From Candidatus Obscuribacteraceae bacterium (lineage in GTDB: Bacteria; Cyanobacteriota; Vampirovibrionia; Obscuribacterales; Obscuribacteraceae): a stretch of DNA of 64,000 bases. The DNA lies in NCBI GenBank assembly GCA_044226015.1, contig JBGAHS010000004.1, positions 768,001-832,000 of the forward strand, given 5' to 3'. A program made the translations under genes and the position numbers. The notes under the pieces were generated by a model. It was not told the origin of the DNA. It did not search any database and saw only the letters and a list, made by a program, of their open reading frames with translations. This document shows positions 48,696-59,046 of the stretch, one piece after another; position 1 is the stretch's first letter; the number at the start of each line of letters is the position of its first letter.

Positions 48696-51600
48696 CTATT
48701 TGCTTCTATCTGGTGCAGCAGGCGGAGCTTTGTCCATCGAGTGCTTTTCTAATTCGGTTTCTAATTGACCAGCTTCTTCATTGGTTTTTGCCATCTTCTT
48801 CAACAAATTCCGTGCCTTGAATGAATTTGGATAGTAGTCCAAGCCCCTCTTCAGGGCGGCCAGTGCTAGTTTCTCTTTTCCTAGATGCAAGAGGTTGGAT
48901 GCATTTTCAGCATAAGTATCAGCTTTCTGCATGGAGAGTTCCAATATTCTTTGCTTGGCAAATTCTTCTCCAGCCTTATTAGCTGTCTTTTGATAAGCTT
49001 CCAGCAAAATTTTGTATGCTTGCAAACTGTTTGGTGCATACATCGATTGATACTGTTGTATTGCCGCGATGCCAGGTTCGGTGTGTCCCGTGCGAAGCAG
49101 TGCAAGCCCCATCGTGGCCGCTACTTCAGGATTTTTTGGTACAAAATTATTAGGGTCAAGAGCCATTGAGCTTCCTAAAATCCCTAATGCCTTATCTGCC
49201 TGCGTATCAGCTTCTCCATCATCTTTCATTGGAGTGTTAGAGAGTTGGTACCAGTCTCTTGCTTCCGGTAAGTAGGACTGCGCGAGGCGGTAAGCATGGT
49301 TGGGATCTGTCTTATTGAGAGCATATGCTTTTTCGAGATCTTTTCTCGCTCTTAATGGTGCTCCACCAGTCAGCGCTATCAAACCACGAATGAAGTAGGT
49401 CTTTGGATCAGAAGGATAGTCCTTAATGGCTTTACTGGCGATTTCATATCCCTTTTCCCAATCGCCACTTTTTTGTGCCGTTGTTATTGCTTGAACACAA
49501 AGCGCATAGGCGTTTGGTGCAACACGATAAGACTCTTCTGCCCAAAGCAAGGCATTTGGGTTGTCTTTGGCCATACCGCACTCAGCAATTAAAGCCATTC
49601 GCAACGCCTTCTCATCTTTGCTGGTATAACTCCAGTCGACAGAGTCCCAGAGCTTGCCGGAATTTTGCATGAACCATTTGTAGTTCTCTTCGGCATAATT
49701 TTTTTGTTCGTGCGTCTTCGATACATCGAACTCAATATAGTTTCTGTCATCAGTGTTGGGGGGAACGTTTTGGATAAGCTTGTTTATGCTCTCGTCTGTA
49801 AGCAGAACCTTAAGGGGCAAATCCTCGACCACTGAAATGCCCCCACTTCGGTCAAGGTAAGTTCGGAGTCTCTGATTACCCAAGACCCCTTGAACTGCGT
49901 TAAGGTCGATTTTCAGTATTTCGTCAGATGCACATACAACTATATCTCCGCCGCCGCTTCGAAAAACGAGGAGATGCTTAAAGACAGACTTCAGCGCTGC
50001 AAACACTTTAACCAGGTTATCGTGGCTTACTTCATTGCTTTGCCACCACATCGCAAAAATGCCACCAGGGTTAAGTCTGTCATGGCAAATCTTAAAGTAC
50101 TCTTTTGTGTAGAGATTACAAACCCCAGCCTGCCACGGGTTTGATGGCTCTGACATTATGACGCCAAATTTTTCATCAGTGGCTAATAGATAGTTTCGTC
50201 CGTCATTGAGCTCAACACTTAATCGCTTGTCCTGTTCTGGTCTGAGATTAAACTCCCCAAAGTATGCGGCTGCATTTAAGACCTCTGGTTCAATTTCAGC
50301 ACAAGTCAATTTATCGATAGGAAAAGCCAGTGCGTAACCGAGCGAAACACCACTGCCCCAACCAATGTCAGCTACCGAACCTGCATCTGGTTTTAGAAGT
50401 AATGGAATTGCCGCCAGCAAGACCTGGGTAGGCATATCTTCTTTGTTACTCGATGCATCAATATGCCCATTTGTGAAAAGTGAAAGGGAATTGTCTTGGA
50501 ACCTTGCAACAGCGACATTAGCAACAATACCGTCCTTGAAAAATTCCAGTTTGAATAGCTTTTCGACTTCCTTTACCCATTCAGAATATGATGCTGGTAT
50601 GGCAGGCATTTCTCCGTCAACTGCTGAAAGCAGAGCCCTGCGCAATCTCTGTGACGTGGTAATGAGACTGTTGTCCCATGTCTTAGGAACTTGCTGAGCC
50701 CACATCAGAAAAATCGCTGCTGACGCGACTCCGAATATCTTGACAGCAAGCCAGCCCCTACTCAAAATCATCAAAATGCCGCCAAATACAGCATTTACAG
50801 CTGAGCAAGAAACTAGAGTTTGCTCATTGCCTAGATAAGGTATGATAAAAAATCCTGCCGCGAATGCGCCAACAATTGCTGCCAGCGTATTTAAAGAGTA
50901 GAGGTCAGCAACTGAGCGCCCAACACGGTCGAGTCGATCATTGCATACCTTCACTATCAACGGAAACGCAGCGCCAAGTGAAAGCGAAATTGGCACCATG
51001 ATTGCTGAGGCAAGAAAGAAGCGCATCGCCATTCCCATGTTGGGGTCGGATGCGAACTGGGCATTCGCTTTCAAGTTCCAGTAGGGCAAGTAATTGAATA
51101 GATTGATGCCAATGTACGATCCTACTGCAAGGGTAAACTGCGTGAAACCCAAAGCCATCACGGGATCTTTCAACTTGTCCGTAACACGAGAAAGTAGGAA
51201 GCTGCCCAGGAATATGCCAGTTAAAAAGGTAGCCAGCATTATAGTAAATGCGTAAGTAGTCGAGCCAATAATCATTGTAAGCGCGCGTGTCCAGGCAACT
51301 TCATAAATCATGGAAAGTGCGCCTGAGGCACAAAATGTGATTACGGCAAAAATAACGGCGATTTTTCGCGGAGAACTGTTATCTTTATCATCATCTTCTT
51401 CAAGGTTTTCATAGATGTATTCGGGCTCTTCATTCTCTGAACCATCCTCCATTTGCGCTGGCTCTGGCTCTGGCTCTGGCTTCAACTCTTCAACTGGTGG
51501 TATATATGGTGGCATCGACTTTGCGCTAAGTACTACCGCTGTTGCAAGCAAGAGGTTTATTCCAGCGGCAATCACTGAAGTGAGGTGCAGCCCCATCGAA

Positions 51601-52208
51601 GGAATGAGAGCAAAGCCACCTGCGAGAGTTCCGGCAACACCGCCCACGGTATTAATGGCATACAGCTGTCCGACTCGCTTACCTACACTGCTAAGACTGC
51701 GAGTGACGAAGCGGCTCAGCAGTGGCAATGTTGCCCCCATACAAGAGGTAGGCACGAGCAATATCAAACTCACTATTAGGAAGCGCAGCAAGGAAAATGG
51801 CAGCACCTGTAAGTGATATTGGTGCCAGAACATTTTGTAAATTGGTAGTGCTTGCTCAAAAAGCACTGGTGCAAGTAGCGCCCAAAAGCCAATGACCGCC
51901 TCAAGAATCCCATAAATCAGGAATGGATTGCGAATCTTATCAGCAAACCTTCCGGCTACGAATGAGCCCAAAGCAAGCCCGGCCATAAAGGCTGATATGA
52001 CTGTAGCCGAGGCAAAAGTGCTCGAGCCAAATACGAAAACCATCTGTCTTGTCCAGATGACTTGATAGATAAGACTTGAAGCACCGGACAAGAAGAATAA
52101 GAGCGCGATGATTTTTAGATGTTTTGAGGAAATTTCCTCAGCTTCAACTTGTGATTGATCTACCGAATCAGTCAACAGTTTGCTCCTTCCCTCAGAAGAC
52201 AACGACAA
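48696..52208 (-). CDS. Fused membrane domain / spermidine-synthase-like SAM-binding domain / TPR protein (copy 1)
   Basis: Same motifs as the downstream tandem paralog. Confidence 0.9.
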   Translation of the reverse strand: MSLSSEGRSKLLTDSVDQSQVEAEEISSKHLKIIALLFFLSGASSLIYQVIWTRQMVFVFGSSTFASATVISAFMAGLALGSFVAGRFADKIRNPFLIYGILEAVIGFWALLAPVLFEQALPIYKMFWHQYHLQVLPFSLLRFLIVSLILLVPTSCMGATLPLLSRFVTRSLSSVGKRVGQLYAINTVGGVAGTLAGGFALIPSMGLHLTSVIAAGINLLLATAVVLSAKSMPPYIPPVEELKPEPEPEPAQMEDGSENEEPEYIYENLEEDDDKDNSSPRKIAVIFAVITFCASGALSMIYEVAWTRALTMIIGSTTYAFTIMLATFLTGIFLGSFLLSRVTDKLKDPVMALGFTQFTLAVGSYIGINLFNYLPYWNLKANAQFASDPNMGMAMRFFLASAIMVPISLSLGAAFPLIVKVCNDRLDRVGRSVADLYSLNTLAAIVGAFAAGFFIIPYLGNEQTLVSCSAVNAVFGGILMILSRGWLAVKIFGVASAAIFLMWAQQVPKTWDNSLITTSQRLRRALLSAVDGEMPAIPASYSEWVKEVEKLFKLEFFKDGIVANVAVARFQDNSLSLFTNGHIDASSNKEDMPTQVLLAAIPLLLKPDAGSVADIGWGSGVSLGYALAFPIDKLTCAEIEPEVLNAAAYFGEFNLRPEQDKRLSVELNDGRNYLLATDEKFGVIMSEPSNPWQAGVCNLYTKEYFKICHDRLNPGGIFAMWWQSNEVSHDNLVKVFAALKSVFKHLLVFRSGGGDIVVCASDEILKIDLNAVQGVLGNQRLRTYLDRSGGISVVEDLPLKVLLTDESINKLIQNVPPNTDDRNYIEFDVSKTHEQKNYAEENYKWFMQNSGKLWDSVDWSYTSKDEKALRMALIAECGMAKDNPNALLWAEESYRVAPNAYALCVQAITTAQKSGDWEKGYEIASKAIKDYPSDPKTYFIRGLIALTGGAPLRARKDLEKAYALNKTDPNHAYRLAQSYLPEARDWYQLSNTPMKDDGEADTQADKALGILGSSMALDPNNFVPKNPEVAATMGLALLRTGHTEPGIAAIQQYQSMYAPNSLQAYKILLEAYQKTANKAGEEFAKQRILELSMQKADTYAENASNLLHLGKEKLALAALKRGLDYYPNSFKARNLLKKMAKTNEEAGQLETELEKHSMDKAPPAAPDRSK

Positions 52209-52244
52209 TATTACACCGGGCTCAGTTTCTTCGCCACTTCAGAC

Positions 52245-52280
52245 AAAAGAAGAAGGACCCCGATTAAAGAGGTCCTTCTT
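52245..52280 (-). terminator. Rho-independent terminator after rplA
   Basis: AAGAAGGACC...GGTCCTTCTT stem followed by a T run on the minus strand. Confidence 0.75.
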
Positions 52281-52301
52281 GAAATGTTATTTTGTCACTG
52301 C

Positions 52302-53030
52302 CTAAGCAATCAAGTACTTGTGCAAGTCTTGGAGCTTGTAAACATCGAGTTTGAGACCAGGTCCCATTGTCGAGCTCAAGTAGCAGGACTTGATGTAGAC
52401 ACCTTTGCAGCTTGCCGGCTTAACTTTGTTGACCTGATCAACAACTGCAGCCAGGTTCTTCAAAAGGCGGTTATCTTCGAAGGAGATTTTGCCGATGCCC
52501 ATTTGGACAACGCCACCATCTTTTTCAGCACGGAAAGAAACCTTTCCTGCCTTCAATTCGTTTACTGCTCTGGCTACGTCTGGTGTGACGGTTCCATCTT
52601 TCGGGTTTGGCATCAATCCGCGAGGACCAAGCACCTTACCCAACTTAGATAGCATCACCATGCAGTCTGGAGTTGCGACGAGTTTGTCGAAATCCATGAA
52701 ACCTTCGCTGATTTTGGCAACCAGTTCTTCGGCTCCGACTACATCTGCGCCAGCGTCTTGAGCTTCTTTCTGCTTTTCGCCTTTGCAAACGACTGCAACG
52801 CGAACTTCTTTACCGGTTCCACCAGGAAGGTTTACGGTAGAACGAACTTGTTGGTCGTTCAGTTTCGGGTTGACACCAAGTCTGAAATGAATTTCTACTG
52901 TCTCGTCAAACTTGCTGTTTTTCGAGCTTTTCAAAAGCTTGACTGCATCTTCTGCAGCGAGAAGCCCTTGTTCTTTGGCTTCCGTGTTCACCTTTGATAG
53001 TTTTTGTTGTCTTTTGCTGAGCTTAGCCAT
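52302..53030 (-). CDS. rplA: 50S ribosomal protein L1
   Basis: KFDETVE, LGPRGLMPNPK, SSTMGPG. Confidence 0.98.
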   Translation of the reverse strand: MAKLSKRQQKLSKVNTEAKEQGLLAAEDAVKLLKSSKNSKFDETVEIHFRLGVNPKLNDQQVRSTVNLPGGTGKEVRVAVVCKGEKQKEAQDAGADVVGAEELVAKISEGFMDFDKLVATPDCMVMLSKLGKVLGPRGLMPNPKDGTVTPDVARAVNELKAGKVSFRAEKDGGVVQMGIGKISFEDNRLLKNLAAVVDQVNKVKPASCKGVYIKSCYLSSTMGPGLKLDVYKLQDLHKYLIA

Positions 53031-53074
53031 TTGACTAGTTCCTTATTCTCTTTTTGGTTCAATTGTTTGTGGGC

Positions 53075-53497
53075 TTAGTCAACGACTGTGATGCCCATGT
53101 TCTTAGCGGTTCCAACAACCATGCTTTCAGCTGCTTCCAGTGAGGTCGCATTCAAATCTGGCATCTTGATTTTGGCGATGTCGCGGATTTGTGCACGGGT
53201 CAAAGTAGCCACTTTGTTTTTGTTTGGTTGAGCAGAACCCTTCTCTATGTTTGCTGCCTTTCTGAGAAGAACGGAAGCTGGAGGGGTTTTGAGAATGAAA
53301 TCGAAAGACCTGTCTTCATACACGGTGATTTCAACAGGAACGATCATCCCAGCCTGGTCTGATGTCTTAGCGTTGTATTCTTTGCAGAACTGCATGATGT
53401 TGACACCATGCTGACCCAGCGCAGGACCAATTGGCGGAGCCGGATTTGCCTTGCCGGCCGGGATTTGCAGTTTGATTTTTCCGACAGCCTTTTTCAC
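53075..53497 (-). CDS. rplK: 50S ribosomal protein L11
   Basis: [24 protein letters not shown]. Confidence 0.98.
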   Translation of the reverse strand: MKKAVGKIKLQIPAGKANPAPPIGPALGQHGVNIMQFCKEYNAKTSDQAGMIVPVEITVYEDRSFDFILKTPPASVLLRKAANIEKGSAQPNKNKVATLTRAQIRDIAKIKMPDLNATSLEAAESMVVGTAKNMGITVVD

Positions 53498-53565
53498 GAG
53501 CGTTATTCCTTAAATCGTTCAGAATTACTGATCATATAAGCAGCGGGCAGCTGCAGCTATGACAT

Positions 53566-54126
53566 TTACACTTTTATAACCTGGTTGAACTCCAGTTCAA
53601 CTGGCGTAGCACGACCGAAAATGATGACCGAAGCCTTGATTCTTTCCCGTTCCAGATTGACTTCTGTGATTTCTCCTTCGAAGTCTGCAAATGGTCCGCC
53701 AGTGATCTTGACTTTGTCACCAACCTTAACATCAATAACAACTGGCTTCTTGCCCTTGCCGCCAGCGATTGACATCTGCCTGCGGAGAATCTTCCTGATT
53801 TCCTGGTCTTGCACAGGACTTGGCTTCTTGCCAGCGCCCACGTACTTGGTCACACCAGGAGCTTCACGAACAACTCTCCAGGAGTCGTCGTCAAGAATCA
53901 TTTCCACAAACACATAACCTGGATACTCGCGCTCTTTCTTTTCGACGCGCTTGCCATCTTTTACCTTTGTCACCATCTTCTCTGGAACGATGACGCCAAA
54001 TATCTTGTCCTGAGCGCCCATAGTGAGGATGCGTTTTTCAATGTGCTCCTTCACTTTGTTCTCATGACCTGATGCGGTCTGCACCGCGTACCAGCGTCTT
54101 TGTCCATCGCTATTGATGAATGCCAT
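53566..54126 (-). CDS. nusG: Transcription factor NusG
   Basis: WYAV, PGYVFVEM, KOW motif GPFADFEG, IFGRATPVEL. Confidence 0.98.
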   Translation of the reverse strand: MAFINSDGQRRWYAVQTASGHENKVKEHIEKRILTMGAQDKIFGVIVPEKMVTKVKDGKRVEKKEREYPGYVFVEMILDDDSWRVVREAPGVTKYVGAGKKPSPVQDQEIRKILRRQMSIAGGKGKKPVVIDVKVGDKVKITGGPFADFEGEITEVNLERERIKASVIIFGRATPVELEFNQVIKV

Positions 54127-54147
54127 CTGTCTTGCTCCGCTTCCTTA

Positions 54148-54558
54148 TTAGTGATGCACACCGATGCCACCGCCCATATGTCGGGCTAGTTTGTCGAGTG
54201 GCTCGAATACTGCTTTGGCAATTCCGTAGTCAAAGGCGAGAACACAGCCAGTAATCAGTGCTACCAGCACTATTACGCTGAGTGTTTCCCTTATTACTTG
54301 ATTTCGATCTGGCCAGGTGACTTTCTTAAGTTCACCGAGCGAATCAGCGATGAACTGGATAAGTCCAGCCAGCCCTTGTTTTTCGGTTTGAGCATTGCTG
54401 TTTTTCTTAGCCTGCGCCGAACCCGGGTTGGGATTGGGATTTTGAACTTCTGTTGCTGCTACCACTGTCCCACTGTCCTTGCCCGCTGCGTTCTGCGAGT
54501 CCGAGGCTGGTTGCTCGCTCTCGTCAGTTGGGTCTTTGAATTGACCGTTCGCGTTCAC
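54148..54558 (-). CDS. secE: Preprotein translocase subunit SecE
   Basis: ELKKVTWP followed by a TM; position upstream of nusG. Confidence 0.95.
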   Translation of the reverse strand: MNANGQFKDPTDESEQPASDSQNAAGKDSGTVVAATEVQNPNPNPGSAQAKKNSNAQTEKQGLAGLIQFIADSLGELKKVTWPDRNQVIRETLSVIVLVALITGCVLAFDYGIAKAVFEPLDKLARHMGGGIGVHH

Positions 54559-54587
54559 TAAACTTGCTCAAACTGAAGAATAAAACT

Positions 54588-54658
54588 CGCGCCCTGAAGG
54601 AATCGAACCCTCACCAAAGGTTTTGGAGACCTTAGTTCTACCATTAAACTAAAGGCGC
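54588..54658 (-). tRNA. trnW: tRNA-Trp (anticodon CCA); 3' CCA end not encoded
   Basis: GCGCCTT acceptor stem, AAGGT-CTCCAAA-ACCTT anticodon arm, GAGGG-TTCGATT-CCTTC T arm, discriminator G. Confidence 0.95.
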
Positions 54659-54712
54659 GTACGGTAGCTAGTGCCACCACGGGGACTTACGGCGTCCCCA
54701 GACCGTTGAAAC

Positions 54713-54880
54713 CTATTTCTTGGTTTCTTTGTGTTCCGTATGCTTGCGGCAACGTCCACAATACTTGCTTAAATTGAGTCTGTCTGGATCATTCTTTTTG
54801 TTTTTCATGGTTGTGTAATTGCGTTCTTTGCAGTCATTACACGCCAGAGTAATGATCATTCGATCGTCTTTCTTAGCCAC
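54713..54880 (-). CDS. rpmG: 50S ribosomal protein L33, Zn-binding (C+) form
   Basis: Hand translation: [55 protein letters not shown] (55 aa, absent from the ORF track). Confidence 0.97.
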   Translation of the reverse strand: MAKKDDRMIITLACNDCKERNYTTMKNKKNDPDRLNLSKYCGRCRKHTEHKETKK

Positions 54881-55260
54881 GTTAGTACTCTCCGATACAC
54901 GAACTATCCTCGTCCGTTCTATTCAGGTCTTTTGCTGGAGAAAGTTTCCAGAAAAAAAAGACCTCTTGCGAGGTGTTGAATGGAGTATATCTTAAGGAAG
55001 GAAAACGCGTCAACGTCAGCCCCAGTAGTCTTAAGGCTTTTGAAGCAGCTCCTCAGGCATGAAACGGTATGCTTTCCTTGCCTCTGTGGCGTAAAGTTAA
55101 TGCCATCAACGTGTTTGGGACTTAAGGCTGAAATCTGGGCGCTACATATATGAAATAGATTTTCGTAACTTTGCGTTATCTTCTTGAAAAGTGGGCTCGT
55201 GTATTCGTTTGTAGAATTGTGCTCAATCGATGATACCCCCTGTAATTTCAGAGGATACTC

Positions 55261-56403
55261 TTGTCGGACTTTCAAATTGGAAAGCTTGAGGAAACTGTGA
55301 GTGACAAAATAGCAAAACGCATAGCCGACGAGTTGGGTGTCGATTTGACAGAGCTTTTAGCTGAGAATCTCAATGGTTCCGATTTGCATTCGTTGCTTTT
55401 GGCAGTGCTCAAGCGCCGTGTAAGTAAGCTTGATTCTGCAGTCTTGCGCCAGTCCTCAGCTGTTTCGCGTGCCTGTTCGCTCGACGGGCGCCTTCTCAAC
55501 AAATTGGAATCAATCGCTTTCGAGCTGGCTTCTGATTTTGAAGTGATTGACCTTTCGCCCCTTAATGCTCTTGGCTCTGTGTCTATCTTGACTGGCTTAG
55601 ACCAGGGGAATGTATTGAGCACCATAAGACCATTTGAATGTGCCGCTGATCCCACTATTGGCCTTGCAATTGAAAGCGCACAGCGGAGGAAGCGCCAAAA
55701 TGATCGAAAGACCCCTGTGCGACTCTGCAGCAGCCAGCGAGTGCTCAGATTTCCTTTACCTACAAATCGAGAATACAGTGCTCATTTCAAATTATTTGCA
55801 ATGCTAACTGCCGGGAGAGACTCAGGAAGTTTCGGATTCGAACTCGCAGCGCTAAAAGAGCAAATAGATACTTATTTAAGGCTTTTGTCCGAGCTGAGCA
55901 AGAATGGTTTTGCTTTTGATGAAATTCGAGTCGAGCTTTCTGATACAAGAGCAGTTTCACATCTTTGCACCATGTACGGTGTCAGTCGCGACGAAATTAA
56001 ACTGAGCGTTCGCGCACGCGACTCAAGCAGCGCAGCAAAGTTGCTTGGACAGCATGAGAATATCTGGCCCGAGAAAATGGCGAATCCTGCCATCGAGCTT
56101 GCGGCTTATGGACTTCCAAATCACCTCATTTTGCATTTGAACTCTCTTGTGCAGAAGGTGTGTGCCCCGCTTTCTGCTGAACATGGCACTGTGAGATTCG
56201 ACTTCAACATGCATCGTTTGACCGGGCTAGGTTATTACAGTGGTCCGTGCTTTCACATCAAGGCAAGAAACGCTGAGGGGCAGAGTTTTACGATCGCCGA
56301 TGGTGGCATGCTTGATTGGACGCAGAAGCTTTTGTGTGACAGCAAAGAGCGCTTACTAAGCAGCGCGATTGGAATCGAAATGCTCTGCCGAATGTTCCGC
56401 TAA
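55261..56403 (+). CDS. Hypothetical protein resembling a class II aaRS (HisRS/HisZ-like) catalytic domain
   Basis: QRVLR...HFKLF, RLTGLGYYSG, IADGG, SAIGIE. Confidence 0.6.
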   Translation: MSDFQIGKLEETVSDKIAKRIADELGVDLTELLAENLNGSDLHSLLLAVLKRRVSKLDSAVLRQSSAVSRACSLDGRLLNKLESIAFELASDFEVIDLSPLNALGSVSILTGLDQGNVLSTIRPFECAADPTIGLAIESAQRRKRQNDRKTPVRLCSSQRVLRFPLPTNREYSAHFKLFAMLTAGRDSGSFGFELAALKEQIDTYLRLLSELSKNGFAFDEIRVELSDTRAVSHLCTMYGVSRDEIKLSVRARDSSSAAKLLGQHENIWPEKMANPAIELAAYGLPNHLILHLNSLVQKVCAPLSAEHGTVRFDFNMHRLTGLGYYSGPCFHIKARNAEGQSFTIADGGMLDWTQKLLCDSKERLLSSAIGIEMLCRMFR

Positions 56404-56427
56404 TAACTCTTGAGAGTTCGTAATTGC

Positions 56428-58743
56428 TCAGTGCGTTCTGTTCGCTTCAGCAAGTTCTCTCAAAGTTCTCCATCGCGTGTATTGCTCAGCTTTCTCTGGG
56501 GATGGGTCTTCGTGCTCGTTCAACCAGAAATCGAACCAATCAATATTCGTCTCTATGCTTGCGTTGATCAGCTTAGGTTTAGAGTTTGTGTGCGCTCCGT
56601 TGCGAAAGTAAAGTAAGTCGACGGGTTTATTCATCATTCTCAAAACCGGGTATGTGCTCCAGTCCAATAATCCATAAGGGCTGTTTACTTGCACCAAAAC
56701 CGGTGCCTGTATCTTATCTAAATTGAAGCCGCTCGCTTTGTCGATCCATTTTCTCAGTCCGGCACCGAAGGGCTTGCAGCCGTAATCTCTATCTAAGTAG
56801 TTGCCGCCAGAAGAAATATCGAGATTGCGCAAATATTCACCATAGCTGCTGGAATTGGCATCGACAATCGAGGCTGCTCTGATGTATCGTGGTTCCTTTA
56901 TTAGTGTGTCCAATACATACCAGCCGGTTCTGCTGTACGCAACTATGCCAACTCTAGTGGGATCGACCAGTCCTTCTTTTTCTAGTTGCTGAATGGCTGC
57001 AACATAGCAGTCCTTGCCGTCTTTTTCTGATTCAAGTTCTGTGCCTCTGAAGTTCGAGCCTCGGCGAGGTTCTCCCGTCTGCAGCACAAGCATTCCTCGC
57101 GAAACGGCTACACGACCCGGTGTTGTTGAACTACTCTTGTTGAAGAATTCATACTCGCTTAGTGAATGTGTTTCAATCAACAGAGGATAACGTTTTCCTC
57201 TTTGAAAATCTGGTGGTTTCAATAATGCACCTTTGCATTCCCTGCCCTCCTTGTCTTTCCAGCTGTAGAAGGATGTGCTTCCGAAATCTACGTTGGCCAG
57301 GTATGCGTTTGGGTCGAAAAATATTTTTCCTTTATTTGTCTTCAATAGCTCTGGAATGTCGAGCTGCTCTTTTCCCGTGTATCCAATCAGAACTGTGGGG
57401 CGATCAAAATCCTGATATCGATAAATGGATAGATCTTCTTTTGTTTTTTCGTTTGCCTTTTGTGCATCACCGTTTTTTGTCCAATCACCATTTTTGTTTA
57501 GCTCATAAACTTGTTTGCGACCGTTGCCTTCTATTTCAAGAGAGGAGCCCTTCAGCCAGGTGATGGAATAAGTTGGAAACCGATCCTTATTACCATATTC
57601 GGTGCCAGGCAATAAGTGGGTTTTGCAGTTGTCCTTCACGTCCACAACTACGGTGCAGGGGCGTAAGATCTTTGCGGACGAATCGCTGATAGGCAAAAAT
57701 GTGCCTGACACAGCTACCTTCGAACTGTCGGGCGACCATGCAATTGTAGGCTCGTCTTCATAGGTGTATCCCATTAAGCCAGCCGTTGGAGCGTCCAATA
57801 AGGGGCGTTGTTCGCCTGTGCTCAGGTCTTGCAGCACAAATTGTTCGATTTTATGAATTTGGCTTTTGTCTTGCGCAGAGCCTCTGCTCTTTATGCGTGA
57901 ATAGTCTTTGGAGTTAGGTTCATATTCTTCCCACTGCGCAGGTATGGTTTTCGCTTGTGCAATTGAAACGGCATATTTTGCATCTGGAGATGCGCTGAGT
58001 GTGGGGGAAAGACTGTAAAATGAGGTCTTTCCTTTGATTCCACTGAGCTTCTGTTGTTGCTCCGACTTATTGAGATCAATAATACCGATCGTTAATGGTG
58101 CCAACCCATATTGAGATTGCGTAAAATTTGGGAAGGCTAGTTGCGTCGAGGAGTATCCTGCTCCTCGCACTATATCTGGTGCCCCATCCGAACTTCCAGC
58201 TTGAAACCAAGATTCGGGAGCCGGCGATTTAGAGCTAAGGTAAATTGCGGAATGTCCTGTTATTTGAAAGCTTGCGATGTCTTCTCTTTCTGGACTAATA
58301 AAACTGACCTTCCTCGTTTTGATTTCACAGCTACTTATTCGTCTTTCCCAGTGTTTTCCGCGTTGGAGAAAATAGATTTTGCTTCCATCGCTTGACCAGC
58401 ATATATTTGTGATAGTCCGTGGGTAACCAGTGTCATCAAAGGTATCAGCTGCAAGGGATACAACCTTTTGTCCGAGCGAAGCTTGTTTAGTTGAATTGTC
58501 TGCGCAGAAACCTTTTACTTCGGCGGTATTGAAAAGCCAGATAGAAGATTCGATCTGGTTCGTATCTAGCTTACCTCTAGAGCTACACGTGACGAATTGC
58601 TTCCTGTCTGGTGAATATATTGGATACTCAAGAATTGCAAGTTCAACGCTGTCTTTTACTGTCCATGGTCTTGCGTGTGCTTCACTACAAAACGAAAACT
58701 GCAAAAGTCCAAACAAGATTAGCAAGAGACAGACCACTTTCAT
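56428..58743 (-). CDS. Secreted S9 prolyl-oligopeptidase-family serine peptidase (AtxE2 isopeptidase-like)
   Basis: Signal peptide; beta-propeller (SPD/WSPD) repeats; RYPLLI, VDPTRVGIVAYSRTG, GAH, WFDFWL. Confidence 0.82.
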   Translation of the reverse strand: MKVVCLLLILFGLLQFSFCSEAHARPWTVKDSVELAILEYPIYSPDRKQFVTCSSRGKLDTNQIESSIWLFNTAEVKGFCADNSTKQASLGQKVVSLAADTFDDTGYPRTITNICWSSDGSKIYFLQRGKHWERRISSCEIKTRKVSFISPEREDIASFQITGHSAIYLSSKSPAPESWFQAGSSDGAPDIVRGAGYSSTQLAFPNFTQSQYGLAPLTIGIIDLNKSEQQQKLSGIKGKTSFYSLSPTLSASPDAKYAVSIAQAKTIPAQWEEYEPNSKDYSRIKSRGSAQDKSQIHKIEQFVLQDLSTGEQRPLLDAPTAGLMGYTYEDEPTIAWSPDSSKVAVSGTFLPISDSSAKILRPCTVVVDVKDNCKTHLLPGTEYGNKDRFPTYSITWLKGSSLEIEGNGRKQVYELNKNGDWTKNGDAQKANEKTKEDLSIYRYQDFDRPTVLIGYTGKEQLDIPELLKTNKGKIFFDPNAYLANVDFGSTSFYSWKDKEGRECKGALLKPPDFQRGKRYPLLIETHSLSEYEFFNKSSSTTPGRVAVSRGMLVLQTGEPRRGSNFRGTELESEKDGKDCYVAAIQQLEKEGLVDPTRVGIVAYSRTGWYVLDTLIKEPRYIRAASIVDANSSSYGEYLRNLDISSGGNYLDRDYGCKPFGAGLRKWIDKASGFNLDKIQAPVLVQVNSPYGLLDWSTYPVLRMMNKPVDLLYFRNGAHTNSKPKLINASIETNIDWFDFWLNEHEDPSPEKAEQYTRWRTLRELAEANRTH

Positions 58744-59046
58744 TTTGCTTCTCCCTGCGCTCATAATTCCGGGGTTTTCAAACCCGTGAGTGCAAAAACG
58801 AGTTTTCAGCAATCACCGTCTTGGAAATTATCGGAGAGTTCTTGTGAATTCGTTGTTAATTGCAATCAGCATATTTCCACAGATCCACACTGCTGTTTAC
58901 ACGCCGCAATGCTTCTTGAGCATAGCTAATCAATCTGAATCAATCTGATCATCATTAATGCGGAAGTCTTGATTTATAAAAAATGTGGCTGAGGAATAAC
59001 GATTATATGTTCAGGCGATCAACCAATTGGTTGGAATTGGAAACTA

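Noticed and set aside
54919..55275. 118-aa minus-strand ORF
   Set aside because: It lies in the divergent promoter region, overlaps the start of the opposite gene and has no recognisable motif.
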